64,000 bases of DNA from Eledone cirrhosa (taxonomy: Eukaryota), in the NCBI GenBank assembly GCA_964016885.1, contig OZ024740.1:200570001-200634000 (forward strand). The letters run 5' to 3'. The position numbers and the translations under genes were made by a program. How positions within the stretch are numbered: position 1 is the first letter of the stretch; every line of letters starts with the position of its first letter. This document shows positions 35,417 through 52,804 of the stretch, one piece after another. The notes beneath the pieces are model-generated. The model was not told where the DNA came from. It was given only the letters and a program-made list of their open reading frames with translations, and ran no database searches.

Positions 35417-37015
35417 TATATATATATATAACAAAGGAATTGTGGTAAGGAACCAGATGGACCATAACGCACCAGAGTACTCAATATTTAGGGTAGTAGT
35501 GTGAGAAATAGGAAAAAGTATATATATATGCAGTTTGTTTCTGGTTTTGTATGTATTATGTCAGGTCGCTCTTCAGTACTGCCGGTAACATGTAACCCAG
35601 AACATCATCTGCATAGTTGGGTCGTCGACAACTAAAGCGGCGAAACCACTAAACATGATTGTGAGGATGTTGAATTTGGTTATCCTGCGGGATGAAAAAC
35701 AAAACCCATGAAAGTGTGGAGAAACTCAGGAGAGTCAATGTCCAACCAAGAAAGTTTTTATTTCTTTGTGGAGCGAGAGACTCAGAGTTTTGATTAAGAC
35801 ATCTCTCTAAGAGAAGGTCACTCTAATATAAAACCTGTGACTTGCTTTGCATCCAATGATGTAGACCAGATCTACGTTTTGGGCAAATGCATTCAATGTC
35901 CAGAGAGTGGGCTTGGCCACGTTCGAAGCCTTTTTCACTTAAAAATGCTTCAAGCACAGACATTACTTGATATGCGACATTTTAAGCGATGCATGATATT
36001 GCTGGCCATACGCAAATCCCTATAAAGACTAAAAAAGCCACGTCCATGATGTTCTTTTTTAAATATCAAGCGATACAATAACTCGAAATCAAGTTGTATG
36101 CATGTATGCATGTATGTATGTATGTATGTATGTATGTATGTATGTATGTTGTACGTATGTATGTATGTATGTATGTATGTATGTATGTGTGTCTCATGGT
36201 CGGGTCGTTGGCGACTAAACTGGCAACCCCACCAAGGTTTCTTGGTGAGGAGGGTAACTTTGGACATGATGCAGGACTAAAAACAAAACCTGTCAAAGGG
36301 CAAAGGAGCTCTTAAGAGTCAATGGCCATCCAAAATCACCAGGATAGATGACCCCTTAGCCTTTGTCATGGCAGAATTCTAGGAGAAGGAAAACTCTGAT
36401 ATAACACCTGCAACCCTGATGGTATCCAATGATGTTGACTTGTTCTTCTTTTTGGTAAATATCATCTTGGTTAAGAGAGTGGGACTGGCTTTGTGCAGTG
36501 CCTTTGCTCACTATAAAAGATTCACGGCACAGGCATTGCTTTATATCTGGAGATCTCTCTGCACTTGTCGTCACATGGTACCATGGGCCCAGCACTATGT
36601 GTCAATAATTGTCACAAGTGTAGTGTTTGTACCAGAGTTTTCAAGTCGCTGGCTGGACTAAAAAGTCGCATTCGTTCAGCGCATCAGTAGGGGTTACCTA
36701 CATGCATATAAAGTAGTGGCCGTACTCGAAAACGAGTTGGCAGCCACCATGTATGTATGTATATATATGATGATTGTCCAGCAGTCTTAATATAGTCAAT
36801 TGGTGGATGTCGATAACTGATGTATCTAGTTTTGTTCCCGGACCGCCGTTACTAGATACTGAAATGGTTTCAGTAGGGAAAGAGGTGATTTGTCGCAATT
36901 GGAGGACAGGGATACCACAAATGTTCACTAGGTAGGGCAACCATCATCCAAAGGCCAAATCTTTGTTTAGTGCCAGATAAGACTTCCAGCTATATCCTAT
37001 GCACGTTCCTCAGTA

Positions 37016-37058
<43 letters not shown>

Positions 37059-37080
37059 CACGCGTGTGTGCGTGTGTGTG

Positions 37081-37111
<31 letters not shown>

Positions 37112-37112
37112 A

Positions 37113-37199
<87 letters not shown>

Positions 37200-37202
37200 A
37201 AA

Positions 37203-37393
37203 AAACGGAGTTAAAGACCTGCAATATGAGCTCAAGGCATAAGTTACCGGCTTTTCAATAATACAGTATATAGAGAAGAAAACACAAAAGGGGGTTATGT
37301 TTTCATTTCTATATACTGTATTATTGAGAGCCGGTAATTTATTCCTTTAGCACATAAAATTTCAGGGGATTAACGCGAGTTATTAACTCCGTT
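37203..37393. repeat. Degenerate inverted repeat
   Basis: TTACCGGCTTTTCAATAATACAGTATATAGA pairs with TCTATATACTGTATTATTGAGAGCCGGTAA; outer AACGGAGTTAA pairs with TTAACTCCGTT. Confidence 0.8.
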
Positions 37394-37591
37394 GTTTCCA
37401 TTGATTTCGCTCCGAAATTCTTGCTTAGTAAAGCTTTCTAAGTTGAGTGGTTATATGCTGTCATTTGCAGCGGGTTCTTGATCCATTCATGCCAGTATGT
37501 ACTGTCTGGTGCGTTGGTTTTCCTTCTATCACTATGCGATTTATTCAGTTGTCTTAAATATCTTTAGGCGTTTTGGCTATACCTTCTCTAC

Positions 37592-37666
37592 ACCTGTTGA
37601 TAAGCCCTGAGAAGGTATGATACCAGCACGTTGGTGAAACATTCTCTTCTTTGGGAATGTCCAGGT
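37592..37666 (+). ncRNA. Type I hammerhead ribozyme, U3:A8 variant with a full stem III hairpin
   Basis: acctg-TTGATAA-gcc..ggt-GAAAC-attctc(ttcttt)gggaat-GTC-caggt. Confidence 0.8.
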
Positions 37667-37924
37667 ATGTATACTACATTTAAAGGTGGGTTTACTACAT
37701 TTTCATTTTACCTGTTAATTATTGTGTATTTTCTCCACATTTCGTAGACCTATATCCTTTACTATTGTGGTTCTCTACCCGTTGTAAATGAAAAGATAAC
37801 CACTTTTTCTGTTTTAGGTCTTCTAATAACACCTTCGTCCTTTACGACAAAACTAATAATATTTAGGAAGTCGACAACACCACTTTCCGCCACCTGGCCC
37901 ATAACGCTATTACTTATAAATATG

Positions 37925-39870
37925 AGAAATCTAACCCTATGGCCTACTACGACATTAATACAGAAGCCAAGGAACTCGCCACCGACCTTAAGGTACATAA
38001 GCAGCTACAATCTCTAGCTAAGCGGGAGGCGTTCCTCACCCTGAAAGATCACAAGGTAGACTTTACTTCTAACCCCACATGTAGACTAATAAACCCGGCA
38101 CGCACAGATATGGGACTAGTCAGTAAGGCCATACTTAGAAACATAGTTAAGACCATTAGGACCAAGTCCAACCTGCCCCAGTGGGAGAACAGCGACTCCG
38201 TAATTAAGTGGTTTAACTCCTTAAAATCCCAAAAAGCGAAGTTCACACAGTTTGACATTGTCGATTTTCACCCGTTGATCTAAGAGACCCTGTTAAACAA
38301 AGCGTTGGACTTCGCTACCACTTATACCACCGTCGATGGTTTAGACAGGGAAATCATCGCTCACTCCCGAAAACCCTCCTCTTCAACGACGAAGTAGCCT
38401 GGGCAAAGAAGTCTACATCTTCACACCTATTCGACGTCTCCATGGGATAGTTTGACTGTGCTGACATATGTGACTTGGTTGGCCTTTTTATCTTAGACAT
38501 ATTACGTGTTAGATTCCCGGACTTCCACACGGGGATATACCGTGACGATGGACTGACTTTATCGAGCCATAAAAGTGGTCACGACCTCGACCGGTTTAAA
38601 AAAGACTTAGCTTCTACCTTCAATGAGTTAGGCCTTAGGATAACAGTAGCTACCAAACTCTCTATCGCGTGGATTTCTTAGACATTAATTTAGACCTTCG
38701 CACACACACACACAGACCCTTCCATAAGCTAAACGAGAAACTTAATTACATTCACAAGGACTCATGCCACCCTCCCACTGTTTTTAGAAACTTCGTTAAG
38801 AATATCAGTACTAGAATCTCAAACCTCTCCTCTAATAAGTCTATCTTTGACAGGGTGGCACCCTACTATAACACGGCGTTGGCTAACAGCGGCTTCTCAC
38901 AACCTATCACCTACTCTCCCACTAACAACAACACCATTAAGAAAAGTAAGCGCATCAATAGACAAACTATCTGGTTCTCTCCTGCCTTCTCACTCAACGT
39001 TAAAACCAATGTAGGAAAAAACTTCTAGCCCTCTTAGATAGACACTTCTCCATAGGGCATAAATACCGCTCCATCTTTAACGGACACAAAGTTAAACTAG
39101 GATACTCCTGCGCTAAGAACATGAGCACCCACATCACCAGCAGCCCTAGGAGCAACACCCCACCAGGGTGGTCTTGCCGTAAGCCTGAAGCCTGCCCCTT
39201 TCAACAACAATGCAACAAACCAGCTGTAATCTACGAAGCTGTGGTCACTTCCAACCGACCAAACGAACCACAGGAGGTAAAATCCTATGTGGGCATGGCG
39301 GAGGGCCTATTCAAGGAGCGTTTCCTGAACCACCAGTCTACCTTCAGATACCCGGACAGACGTTCATCCACGAAACTCGAGAGCCACGTATGGTCCCTCA
39401 AGGACTCAAGTATAGGGTACTCCATTCAATGGAAAGCCATCACTAAGTCCAAGCCATACGCAAGGGGAAATCCGACGTGTGGCTTATGTATTGACGAACG
39501 AATAACTATCCTAAAGAGATTACGCAATAGTGATTGCCTAAACACGAGAAGTGAATTTTTCACACCGTGTCCACACGTCGCCAAACATCTATTGCACAAC
39601 TACAAGGCCCCGGACTGATTCTTTATAATTTTATTTTTAATTTTTTTATTTTATTTTCAACAAAAAACTTTCCGGACTTTCGCAGTTATCTCCCTTACAC
39701 GCCCCGCACACAGTCTAGTATTGCCTGTGTGAAGTGACCGAGTTTCTGCGCATGCGCGTTCGTACGGTTGTCCTTCCTGTTCCTATAACCATACACATCC
39801 CGAGCTGAAGATCCGCGAAGGTGAAACAATTGTTCTCGGTATGTTGAACTAACTGTTGTGTAACCACTTC
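37925..39870 (+). mobile_element. PLE family C (RT + GIY-YIG), decayed
   Basis: LKDHK..CRLINP, QFDIVDF, GIYRDDG, FLDINL, CPFQQQC, VIYE..YVG, CGLC..E, CPH. Confidence 0.92.
39800..39839 (+). ncRNA. Type I minimal hammerhead ribozyme in the family C 3' pseudo-LTR
   Basis: ccgag-CTGAAGA-tcc(gcgaa)ggt-GAAAC-aatt-GTT-ctcgg. Confidence 0.85.
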
Positions 39871-39999
39871 TATATATAGAATTGGTTACACAACAGTTAG
39901 TTCACCATATATATATATATATATATATATAAAATACACACATATACACATACAAAATACATACATATATACATATAATACGTATACATATATATAAAA

Positions 40000-42575
40000 T
40001 CAGGTTCAATAAAACGTGGTTTTGATGACTCCTAACCAGTAGAGGATCCGGTGGCCCATCCACCATAGGGACCACAAACTATGGGTGGTTGTTCTTGTCA
40101 ATTGGTCATTGGTACGGGATGTAGGGGACCTACAGGGGGTGGGGGGGGGGGGGCTTAAGCGGGGTTTAACCATATAGCTTGAGGAAAGTTCCCGTCCTTA
40201 GGTGTCTGCAGACACCGAATAAGTTCTGTTTAATAGCTTGGATCCGCCATGAGGTATCTCAAGTGTCTCACTAAGACAGAGGTTGCAAATACCAGACCCG
40301 CCTCTGTCTGGGGGAACCTTTCTAACCACGAACCAGACCAGAGAGTGCAGGGTCTTTTCAAGTTTGAGCTTCCAGATCAATTCAGAAAGGGCCGTACATT
40401 TCCACTTATCTATTCTGTTAAAGGAATGGCGATGGTTATACCACCGATCTTTGAAGCTCGACGCTGTGGATCCTATGTAGTGGTGCTCCGAGTTAGGGGT
40501 TGTGATCTTGCACCTGTAGACTACGTTTTTCGTCATGCATTCATTACTAAGGGGGCATAGTGATGGGTCTCTGAAATTACATGACTTCTTAAGCCCCACC
40601 GCGTGGTTACCATCATTCGGGGTTGGCTGGTTAGTCTCCGCAATAAGCACAGAGTCGTTGGGTTCCGGTGTGCTAGTTGGGCCTCTCCGGGTTCCGGTTC
40701 GTCCCGCGTGCTGTCTCTGTTTGGTGGATCCGTGGTTTACGGTGGTATTAGAGGCAGTGAGCCTATTCCTATTTATGCCAACTATGTGCTGGGCTACGGA
40801 GCGTGTGCTTGAGTAGGAATGTTTCGCCGTGTGCCTGTTGAATATTTTATGGTACTTGTGGGCCCTAGGGAAATATTTATCCAGTACTCTAAAGAATGTT
40901 CTAGCCAGGATGGTACGTAGACCCACCGAGTACGGAGGATTATACCATGTGACCTTCCTCGTCCTATTCTTGCGGGGTTGTTGGGTGTCCGCCGTGGTCC
41001 ATCGCGTGGTTGTACACAGCTCAGGTCGAGCTCGGTTGGTGTCATTCATGTGTGTGGAGCGGTCACTATCATGAGGGTTATATGGGCCCACCGTGGGGCT
41101 ATAAACCTGCGAGGTGCGGCCTCCCTGCTCAATTGGGATTCGGCGGGTGGTGGGGCCGGTGCAGGGGTGCCTATGCTCCGCAGCACAGTGGTCTTCAGCG
41201 TTGTAGGTATTAGACCGTTGGGGTATGCGGGACCTTCTACCGGGGGTGGTGACGGATAGTGTTGCTACTGGTCACCGAGGTATTAGGTGGACGACTCATG
41301 CCCCTGAGGGTATTGGTCCGGGGTACCCTTGGGTCATCTCTATCATGTCCCTTAGGGTTGTAGCTGATCCTATTGATGTGGGACGCCTTGGCTAGCGCTG
41401 AGTTATAGTAATCAGCGTTACTATTGAAGATCTCTTTATTGGCCGACAAGTTATAGATCCTGTCAGAGACACTCTTAACTACGGCCTTAACTATAGATCT
41501 AGGGTGATTGGACCCAGCGTCGATATACACCAGCTTCTCATTAGGTTTATGATATGGTTGGTGTAGCTTGGTGTTGAGGTTGAGGGTGGTATCCAGGAAA
41601 TTCACTACTTTTCTATTGGGTTCCATCTCTACTTTAAGTCCTACCTTGCTAAAGAAGTGCCTAATTCTCCACTTCATATTTTCGACCGTTGTGGTGCTGT
41701 GGTCCACTACGGTGAAGAGTGCGTCGTCTCGGTACAGCCCGCCACCCAGGTTGGGTATTTCTCTCCTGATCTTGAAGAGTATGTATATCCCAACCAAGTC
41801 CGTTAACTGCACGGAGTCACTGGAGCCCATTGTAATGTCAAAATTATTTGGCCAGTCGCTCCGGGTCGATATGTCCCCACCGAATCGGATCAGGGTCTTT
41901 CTGGCGGCGTGTATGATTCGGACCTCGTCGCGTGTTAGGTCTGTCCTATTCATCAAGAATATGAGTGCCTTGTTTAGGACTATGGGCGAGATAGAGGAGT
42001 AGTAATTGTTGATGTCTAGTTGTATGAAGCTAGTCCTATGTTTGTCAGGTAAAATGTAAACCAGTCCACCACCTGGCTGGTGCAGGACCAGAGTGTAACC
42101 TTATTTTACTCTTAAGTGTGGGCAGGATCCTATCTAAAATGCTTTTGCTAATAACCCCCTTGTCTGACCGGGAGGGGGCTATCAGTCTGACCGGCAGGTT
42201 AGACTCGAAGTTTGGTTTGTGGTCCTTAATGGTAATTCTCGGCGCTCTTGGTTGGTATGGGGCCGTCCTATCATCTATACCAAGACCAGATACGATCTCA
42301 TAAGCCTTGATGTTGATATCCTCCAGGGTAGCCTCGGGCGTTTTTTGTAGCTTTTTCTCAATTCCCTGAGGATTAGCTCATGGTAAAGTTGAACGTCCAT
42401 GCTGTAAAGGTTGTTGGTTTTGTCGGCATGGACGAGTATTCCTGTAGATTCCTTAAGCTCGGTAATTCCATTTTCCAGTCGTCTAAGGTACTCTCGACCC
42501 CGGTATGGTTGGTCGGAAAATTTGATGTCACTTTTGCATCGTTCATCAGTAGTGCTCAACACGTTAACTAAATCA
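40000..42575 (-). mobile_element. PLE family D (RT + GIY-YIG), decayed
   Basis: HADKTNNLY, IKDHK, MGSSDS, GLYRDD, VNFLDTTL, WYNPPYS, CPLSNEC, VVYRC..YIGST, CNLC. Confidence 0.92.
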
Positions 42576-44508
42576 CTGCTAAGATGCCATATAAGATGCC
42601 ATATAATACATATATATATGGATGTATATATATATATATATATATATGAGTGTGTGCATAAATAAATATATGTGTAAATATTTATACTTCTGTATGTATA
42701 TATGTATGTATATATGTTTGAATATATATATGCGTATATATTCATATATGTATGATGTGATTTCCCCATTAATTTACACAACGTTTGAAAGAAAATTATT
42801 GTGTTTCTTGAAACTTACTCCAACTTGTAACCCACATGGTATTTTCTAAAATGACTGTTTTTTTTTAAATTTCGTGTTGTCATTTGTCTCTTAACATCAG
42901 CTGCACTATAACATGAATCCGCTATCTTTTTGACAGAATTCAACTCAACATGGCAGATATTCATGTACACCTATCGGATGAGAAACTGCACGCTAACTGA
43001 CGAAATTTTACTGTCGTGCACGGAACGAAGCATACAGTGTAGCAATACAAAAACTGTCATTTACTGTAGTTAATGTAATCATGCGCCGAGGATATCAAAT
43101 AAATATATTAAATATATAAAAACAAAATCATAAATACTGGAAAAATTTTACACATTTTAGAAATAATTTTAAGGAGTAGAAATGAAAATAAAACTTTAAA
43201 AAATAGAATAATTTCAAAGCAGATGAGTGAGTCTATTAAATTCTGTATGACATCGTATGTATGATTAAATTAGCCTTAACAGACTTCATATTTGGTTGTG
43301 TTGTAATGACATCCATCTTGGCATGCACGGATAAAGTTAAGATCATAAATACATAACGGACAGAGTAACCAACGTCTCAGAGCAATTGATTGACTGGTTC
43401 TATGTTTATCGGTCTATGTCTACGTCTGTTTCTCTATTGTTGTACCTCTTTGTGCCATTCCTCCTATATGTTGGTGTGTATGTCTAACACTCTGCTTCAC
43501 AGTATGTCAATCTGTTTCTTCGTGTGTCACTTACTCTGCCTGTTTCACTATGCTAAGGCGCATACTCCAAGGAAAGTCACACCAAAAATCATATTTGAGA
43601 ATTTCTATGTGCTTTGCTTACACATACACTCGAATACACAAACACAAACGCACACATATACATACAAACACGCTTTTAACGACAGAAACACACAGATACA
43701 CAAACACATACGTGAAGACAGATGCACAGAAACAAATATTTATATAGGCTTGTAAGCTCACATGCACATACATATACGCAAACAAAAACACACAAACACA
43801 CATACGCAAACGCACGGCGCACAGACAGACATAGACGCAATCATTATAATTAGAATCATGCACATCCGGACACACTCTTACACATATGCATACACACACA
43901 TATATACACTACCAAAATCCTTACACTCAATTACATGTTTTGGGTTTTGATATCTACTTCCCCACCACACAGACAGACAAAATACATAGACACGCAGACA
44001 CATATTCACAACCACACAAGTAAGCTTTCACGCACGCATTCGCAAAAATTCACCCAAACAGACAAAAACATACACACAGCAATCAGCAACACACGCACAT
44101 ACATAAAAAGCACATGTACTAACATGTAATCAGAGACCTATAATCACATTTATAGGCTTGCAAGCACAAACATACACTCACTCTCCAACATATATACACT
44201 AACATAAACACAACGAAGCACACACGCATTGAGACACACATATATATATATTTACACTACAAAGCGTTATTCTCTGAAGTAAAGACATTTGCATTATCTG
44301 TGTACTTTACACATATATGCTGAAGTATCATATGAAAATACACATGATTGCAATCAGGCTGTCAATGAAGAACGAACCAATAAGCTAAGGGAATGAATAA
44401 TGGAATTGTATGAAAATAAGGAAATGACTGTTAGCCGAAGAAATGTCTTTGCTACTAATGAAGTGGAACTTTATATATGGATAGCCAAGTGTGTAAATAT
44501 GTATATAT

Positions 44509-44955
<447 letters not shown>

Positions 44956-44998
44956 ATCGGATAAGAAGCACTCTACAGTTTGTGGGACTGGAGTATGC

Positions 44999-47800
<2,802 letters not shown>

Positions 47801-48637
47801 CACTGATTGACCTCGATGTCACGTGATTGATTCTTTTGAATTTGCCACCGACCAAGTAGGCAGTGATTTTTTCAATGTCCTGGAATTTAGTCCTCACATG
47901 CTTTTTTCCATCCACTGAATTATTTTTGTGTAAGTTCCCTGTGTCCACGCATTGCCTGGGAACTTAGCTGAGAATAGATCTCCCTGATGAAGAAAGAATT
48001 TTTCTCCCTGTTGTTCCAATCGGAAACCATGTTTATTCCCTTTCAGAAACTAATTAGTTGGAGTGAAATTTTAGTAAGTAAGTTAATTTTTATAATTTTC
48101 TTATTTTACGTCTTTCATATAATTGTTCTGCATCCCCTTGCATTGAACCACAAAGTTACTAAGACAAAACCTATATATTTGCCAGCATACGTATATATAT
48201 GTTAGTATATATACTAATTCTTTATAATTATCTCCAAATTATTTTGTTGAGCAAAAAATTTGCCAAAACTACTACTATGGATTATAGTAATAGTCAGGCT
48301 ACTGTCTTATTAGCACCCCACTCCTCACTGATTGACCTCGATGCCACGTGATTAATTCTTTTGAATTTGCCACCGACCATGTAGGCAGTGATTTTTTCAT
48401 TGTCCTGGAATTTAGTCCTCGCTTGCTTTTTTCCATCCACTGAATTATTTTTGTATAAGTTCCCTGTGCCCACGCATTGACTTGGAACTTAGCTGAGAAT
48501 AGATCTCCCTGAGGACGAAAGGATTTTTCTCCATGTTGTTCCAATCGGAAACCATGTTTATTCCGTTTCAGAAACTAATTAGTTGGAGTGAAATTTTAGT
48601 AAGTAAGTTAAATTTCATAATTTTCATATTTTACGTC

Positions 48638-48643
<6 letters not shown>
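47801..48643 (+). repeat. ~525-bp tandem repeat (1.6 units) with one hammerhead-like motif per unit
   Basis: CACTGATTGACCTCGATG at 47801 and 48326; ends in (TA)n. Confidence 0.9.
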
Positions 48644-48725
<82 letters not shown>

Positions 48726-48804
48726 ATAGTGGTAGCCATGATGCTTCCGTAGGCGGTATGCCAAAATTAGCACTCGATATTCATCAGAGTAGAGTGTAGA
48801 TATT

Positions 48805-49137
48805 ATCAAGAAAACGAAAAATCAGTGATGCAACTGCACTAGTTTATTTCGTGTTACAAATGTTTCGCCGGCATGTAGTTCGATTCATGGTCCGTGTATG
48901 GATCTGGCTGATTCTACTTCTACTGGTTCTTTCAGACATGGCTGTCATGTCCGGAGCAAATTTTATCAGTGTGATACAATTTGCTCCGGACATAACAGCC
49001 GTGTCTGAAAGAACCCGCGGAAGTAGAATCAGCCAGATCCATACAAGGACCATGACTCGACCTACATGGCGGCGAAACATTTGTAACACGAAATAGACTA
49101 AGTCCAGATGCATCACTGATTTTTCGTTTTCTTGATA
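48805..49137. repeat. Imperfect ~330-bp fold-back with hammerhead-like motifs (49000-49090 +, ~48850-48940 -)
   Basis: Axis near 48970; cgtgt-CTGAAAGA-..ccgc/gcgg..-GAAAC-attt-GTA-acacg. Confidence 0.85.
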
Positions 49138-50925
49138 GTATATATATATATATATAAATGGAAAAATGAAATTTCATTTCTCGCTCTTAGTACGTCTAAG
49201 ATAATTATCTAATGAGTGAACAGAAAATTGGAACGTTAACTTATGTTAAGAGTTATAGGATGAAATTAAATTTTTAGAAAATTAAAGGTTTGTGTTGCTA
49301 GATTTATTTAATGAAATTACAGAGAGAGTCTTATATGAAAAAGTTTAAGTGTATTATAGGGAATCTCGATAAGTTATCAAGGTGGGATATAGAGTAAAAA
49401 TAAAAGCCTTCGATTGTAAATCCCAGCCAGTCCCACCTAACCACGTGTCAGCCAGTTTCGAGTGGTATCGTCTAGCGAAATAAATGGAAATTAATTTTTC
49501 AGAGTACTCTAGGAACATAGCTGCGATAGGCTCCGAGTGTGCTAGCGGGAAGTCAACCAGCTTCTACAGGCCATCGTCTATACCAAACGAATAATATTAA
49601 TTCACACAGGAGGGGTTTATTTACGTGCAAACAGAGGAAGGCATGATACAGCTAACCGTTATGCCTAAGCCTAGAGTTTATAGGTTTGAGTATAATGTGG
49701 CGGTCAAAACAGGCGGTGCGGCGGGCCCCGGGGTAAATCGAGCCGCTCTGAGTAGTTTCGTTTACCGAAAGAGGGGAAATTTATTTTTCCAAGCACCCAA
49801 GGAAGGCTGAACTTTCCGAGCACCCGGCGCACAGCCGGGAAATCCACCACATCAGTCGAAAGTGGTAAAACCCAATGAAAAGTGCCAATAGACTATAATT
49901 ATTTTTAAGTCCCAGTTAGTGCGGCTATAAGTAGTGTGGTTCTTTGGTGGGTAAGGAGCTATGAATGGTGCATAATGACCTGAGTAAGGGATAATAAGCA
50001 GAAAATCATAAATAAATAAAAGCAGGATACAAAGATAAAAATACAAAGATAAAAAATAAATAATAAATAATAAAAAATAAATAAAAATACATTAATAAAC
50101 ATACATTAATAAGGTAAAAAGTAAAAAGTAAAAATACATAAATAAAGCGTCGTCATAGCTAGGGTAGTGATGTAGTAAGACGGAAATATATAAGAACATA
50201 TCGCAGGAATCAAAGCAAAGGGGAAATACAAAATAGATCAAGTTGCAGTAAGATAATACAAGGTTGTACATATAGATATAGAGGATGGAAGAGAAGGAAT
50301 GGTATCAGGTGGTACCTAGTGTAAAGTTCGGGTCTCCGAATTCAGTGTGAGTCACAAAAAGTCCTGAGGTATAGAGTAGAGAATTCAGTCAATACAATAC
50401 ATGCTTAAGTATAATACGTAGAATTTTGTCGAAATCCGAATATTCCCAACAAGGAAGCAGCATTGGATAGGGTGGGCGGTAGACAAAGCACAGAGCAGCC
50501 GAAATCCGAATGGTAAGTAAATCAGTTAATCCCATGCTGGCAATAGTTGTACACTGAAGTCAGTGCCGCTGTTCAAAATTACATCTGGAGGTGCTCAACA
50601 TTATTGGAGCATTATTTCTTTAGATTTGTTGGTTCACCAATGGATAGAATTGATCATTCTGTATGGTCAATCTTGATGTAATATTATGGAGAGTACTAAA
50701 ATTAGTGCAGTTCACCCGTCTTCGTAGTGTAAATGGTGGTGCTAATACGGAGTTAATTATTACAAAGAAAATAACAGGAGGCTGTAAATCCTTGAAAAGT
50801 TTATTATACTATGATCATTTCAATGACCGGGTTCCGTATGGATCCGGTGATATCATCAGGTATGCGAAATATAACAAAGGGATATATAAAATCCATAGGT
50901 CCGAAAATCAGAGACGGAGAGGACG

Positions 50926-50997
<72 letters not shown>

Positions 50998-51186
50998 CAA
51001 ATTGTTTTATCGCTCTACATGACTCGATACAGTACTGATGAAGTGTAATCGCACAGAAAAATTAGTGTCTTCCGCTCTGATTGTACACCAACACAAGAGT
51101 AAGAATGATAAGGTCATTCCACTCACATAACTTAGCGTGACTGTTTGCATGATTGCAAACGAATCGAACATTATTATTGATATTCG

Positions 51187-51367
51187 TGGATTGGCTGTAT
51201 CGGTGGAGAGTCGGACGCCATGCTTTGAGGCATAGAGTTACGGCATTTGCCATTCTGAGTTCAAATCCCGCCGAGGTTAACTTTGCCTTTCATCCTTACG
51301 GGGTCGATAAAATAAAGTACCAGTAATGCACTGAGAAATTGCTGGCCTTGTGCCTAAAGTAGAAACA
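51187..51367 (+). mobile_element. tRNA-derived SINE with a 17-bp TSD
   Basis: A and B boxes; TSD ATTATTATTGATATTCG at 51170-51186 and 51368-51384. Confidence 0.92.
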
Positions 51368-51720
51368 ATTATTATTGATATTCGAAAAACCCAATTTACA
51401 TTTATACACACAAACACTCACACACACATACACACACACACAAACACACACAGGCATATATATGTATATATATTAAAGAGTTAAACAAGATTCAATGAGT
51501 ACATCAAAGAATAAGTTTTACAGTAGATTGGAAGCACTCTACAAAAAATATTTTCCAGAGTTATTAATATTAAAATATAAATATTAATAAAATAGATGTT
51601 ATTTTGATCAACTTAATTTTATTATACATATTTCAGAGGTACAAATGTACGTCCTCATCAGAGAAAATATAATGATACATGACATACCCTCAGATGTTAA
51701 ATGGTTAAGATTTAATAAAT

Positions 51721-52800
51721 CGTTACGGTGGCGATTACGTGTCCTTGTATTTTTGCTACGGGTGGTTCCATCTAAGTGATCGCTCTTATGTGTGTTAATG
51801 CGCTGTCGCCCGTTCGGTGCCCCTTTCACTTTATGCTCGGGTGCACTCTTTCTACCTCTTCAATGTTTATGTACACGAAGATGTTGGTTGGAGGGTGTTG
51901 GTAGTAGGCCGTCGCCTTTGTTGGTTTTGTAATAGGGGAATAGTTTGAGTAATCTACAGTATTCACCGTCGCCGGGGACGTGATCTTTGGTGCGGTTATC
52001 TATTCTATTATATCCGACTTTAACGAGGTCGCCGCGTGATCGGTTATAGGTATGGCTTACTGTAACGTTAGTTTTATGAGGCGGGGGGGTTCTAGAGCTA
52101 GCGTTAGGGATGTAGGAAATTCCTCGGTTAAAGCCGGCGCTTAGCAGGGCCCTATTGTAGTAATCAGCCGCTTGGTTGAAGATATCCTCATTGGTGGATA
52201 GCCTCGAGATTCTATGTGAGATACTATAGACTATGGAGTTGAGAGTCTGCTTAGGGTGGTTGGAGGCATAATTAATATAAGAGAGGCACTCTCCAGGCTT
52301 ATGGTATGGCTTGTATAAGCCCGTACTCAACTCCAGGGTCACGTCCAGGAAGTTGACAACCCTGTGGTTGAGGTCCATATTTACGGATAGGCCGTATGAC
52401 TTAAAGAACCTGTGTATATGTTTGTTAAGGTCTCTATCCTACGGGGGCTATGGTTCCTAACGGTAAACAGGGCGTCGTCCCTATATACACCTCCTTGTAG
52501 GGCCGGTATTTCTTCCCTAAGCTTATGTAGGAGGTATATCCCAACCAGGTCAGTTGCTTGCGCTGAGTCGCTGGACCTCATCGTGACATCGAAGTTATCA
52601 GGACGGTTGGTTCTGGTCCAGTGGGAGCCTTCGAACTGGATAATGGTTCTACGTGCCGCTAGAATTATGTCTATTTCTTTTTTGGTGAGGCTAGTGTTAG
52701 ATCTAGCTAAGATAAGTGCCTTATTTAAGAGTATGGGGGAGATAGAGCCGTAGTAGCTATCTATATCAAACTGGATGAATTTCAGGGTGGCTTTAGTTGC
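51721..52800 (-). mobile_element. PLE family A copy 3 (internal RT fragment)
   Basis: ORFs 52381-52812, 51860-52378 and 51608-51829 match family A. Confidence 0.93.
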
Positions 52801-52804
52801 GAGC

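Larger units (their letters stand above)
33092..35745. repeat. Inverted repeat pair (33092-33408 and 35430-35745) facing (TA)n and enclosing ~2 kb of nested insertions
   Basis: ~315-bp near-identical reverse-complement arms; related segment at 14942-15010. Confidence 0.92.

Noticed and set aside
36195-36965. Possible RTE-like 5' UTR or endonuclease remnants
   Set aside because: The resemblance is only impressionistic; no diagnostic motif found.
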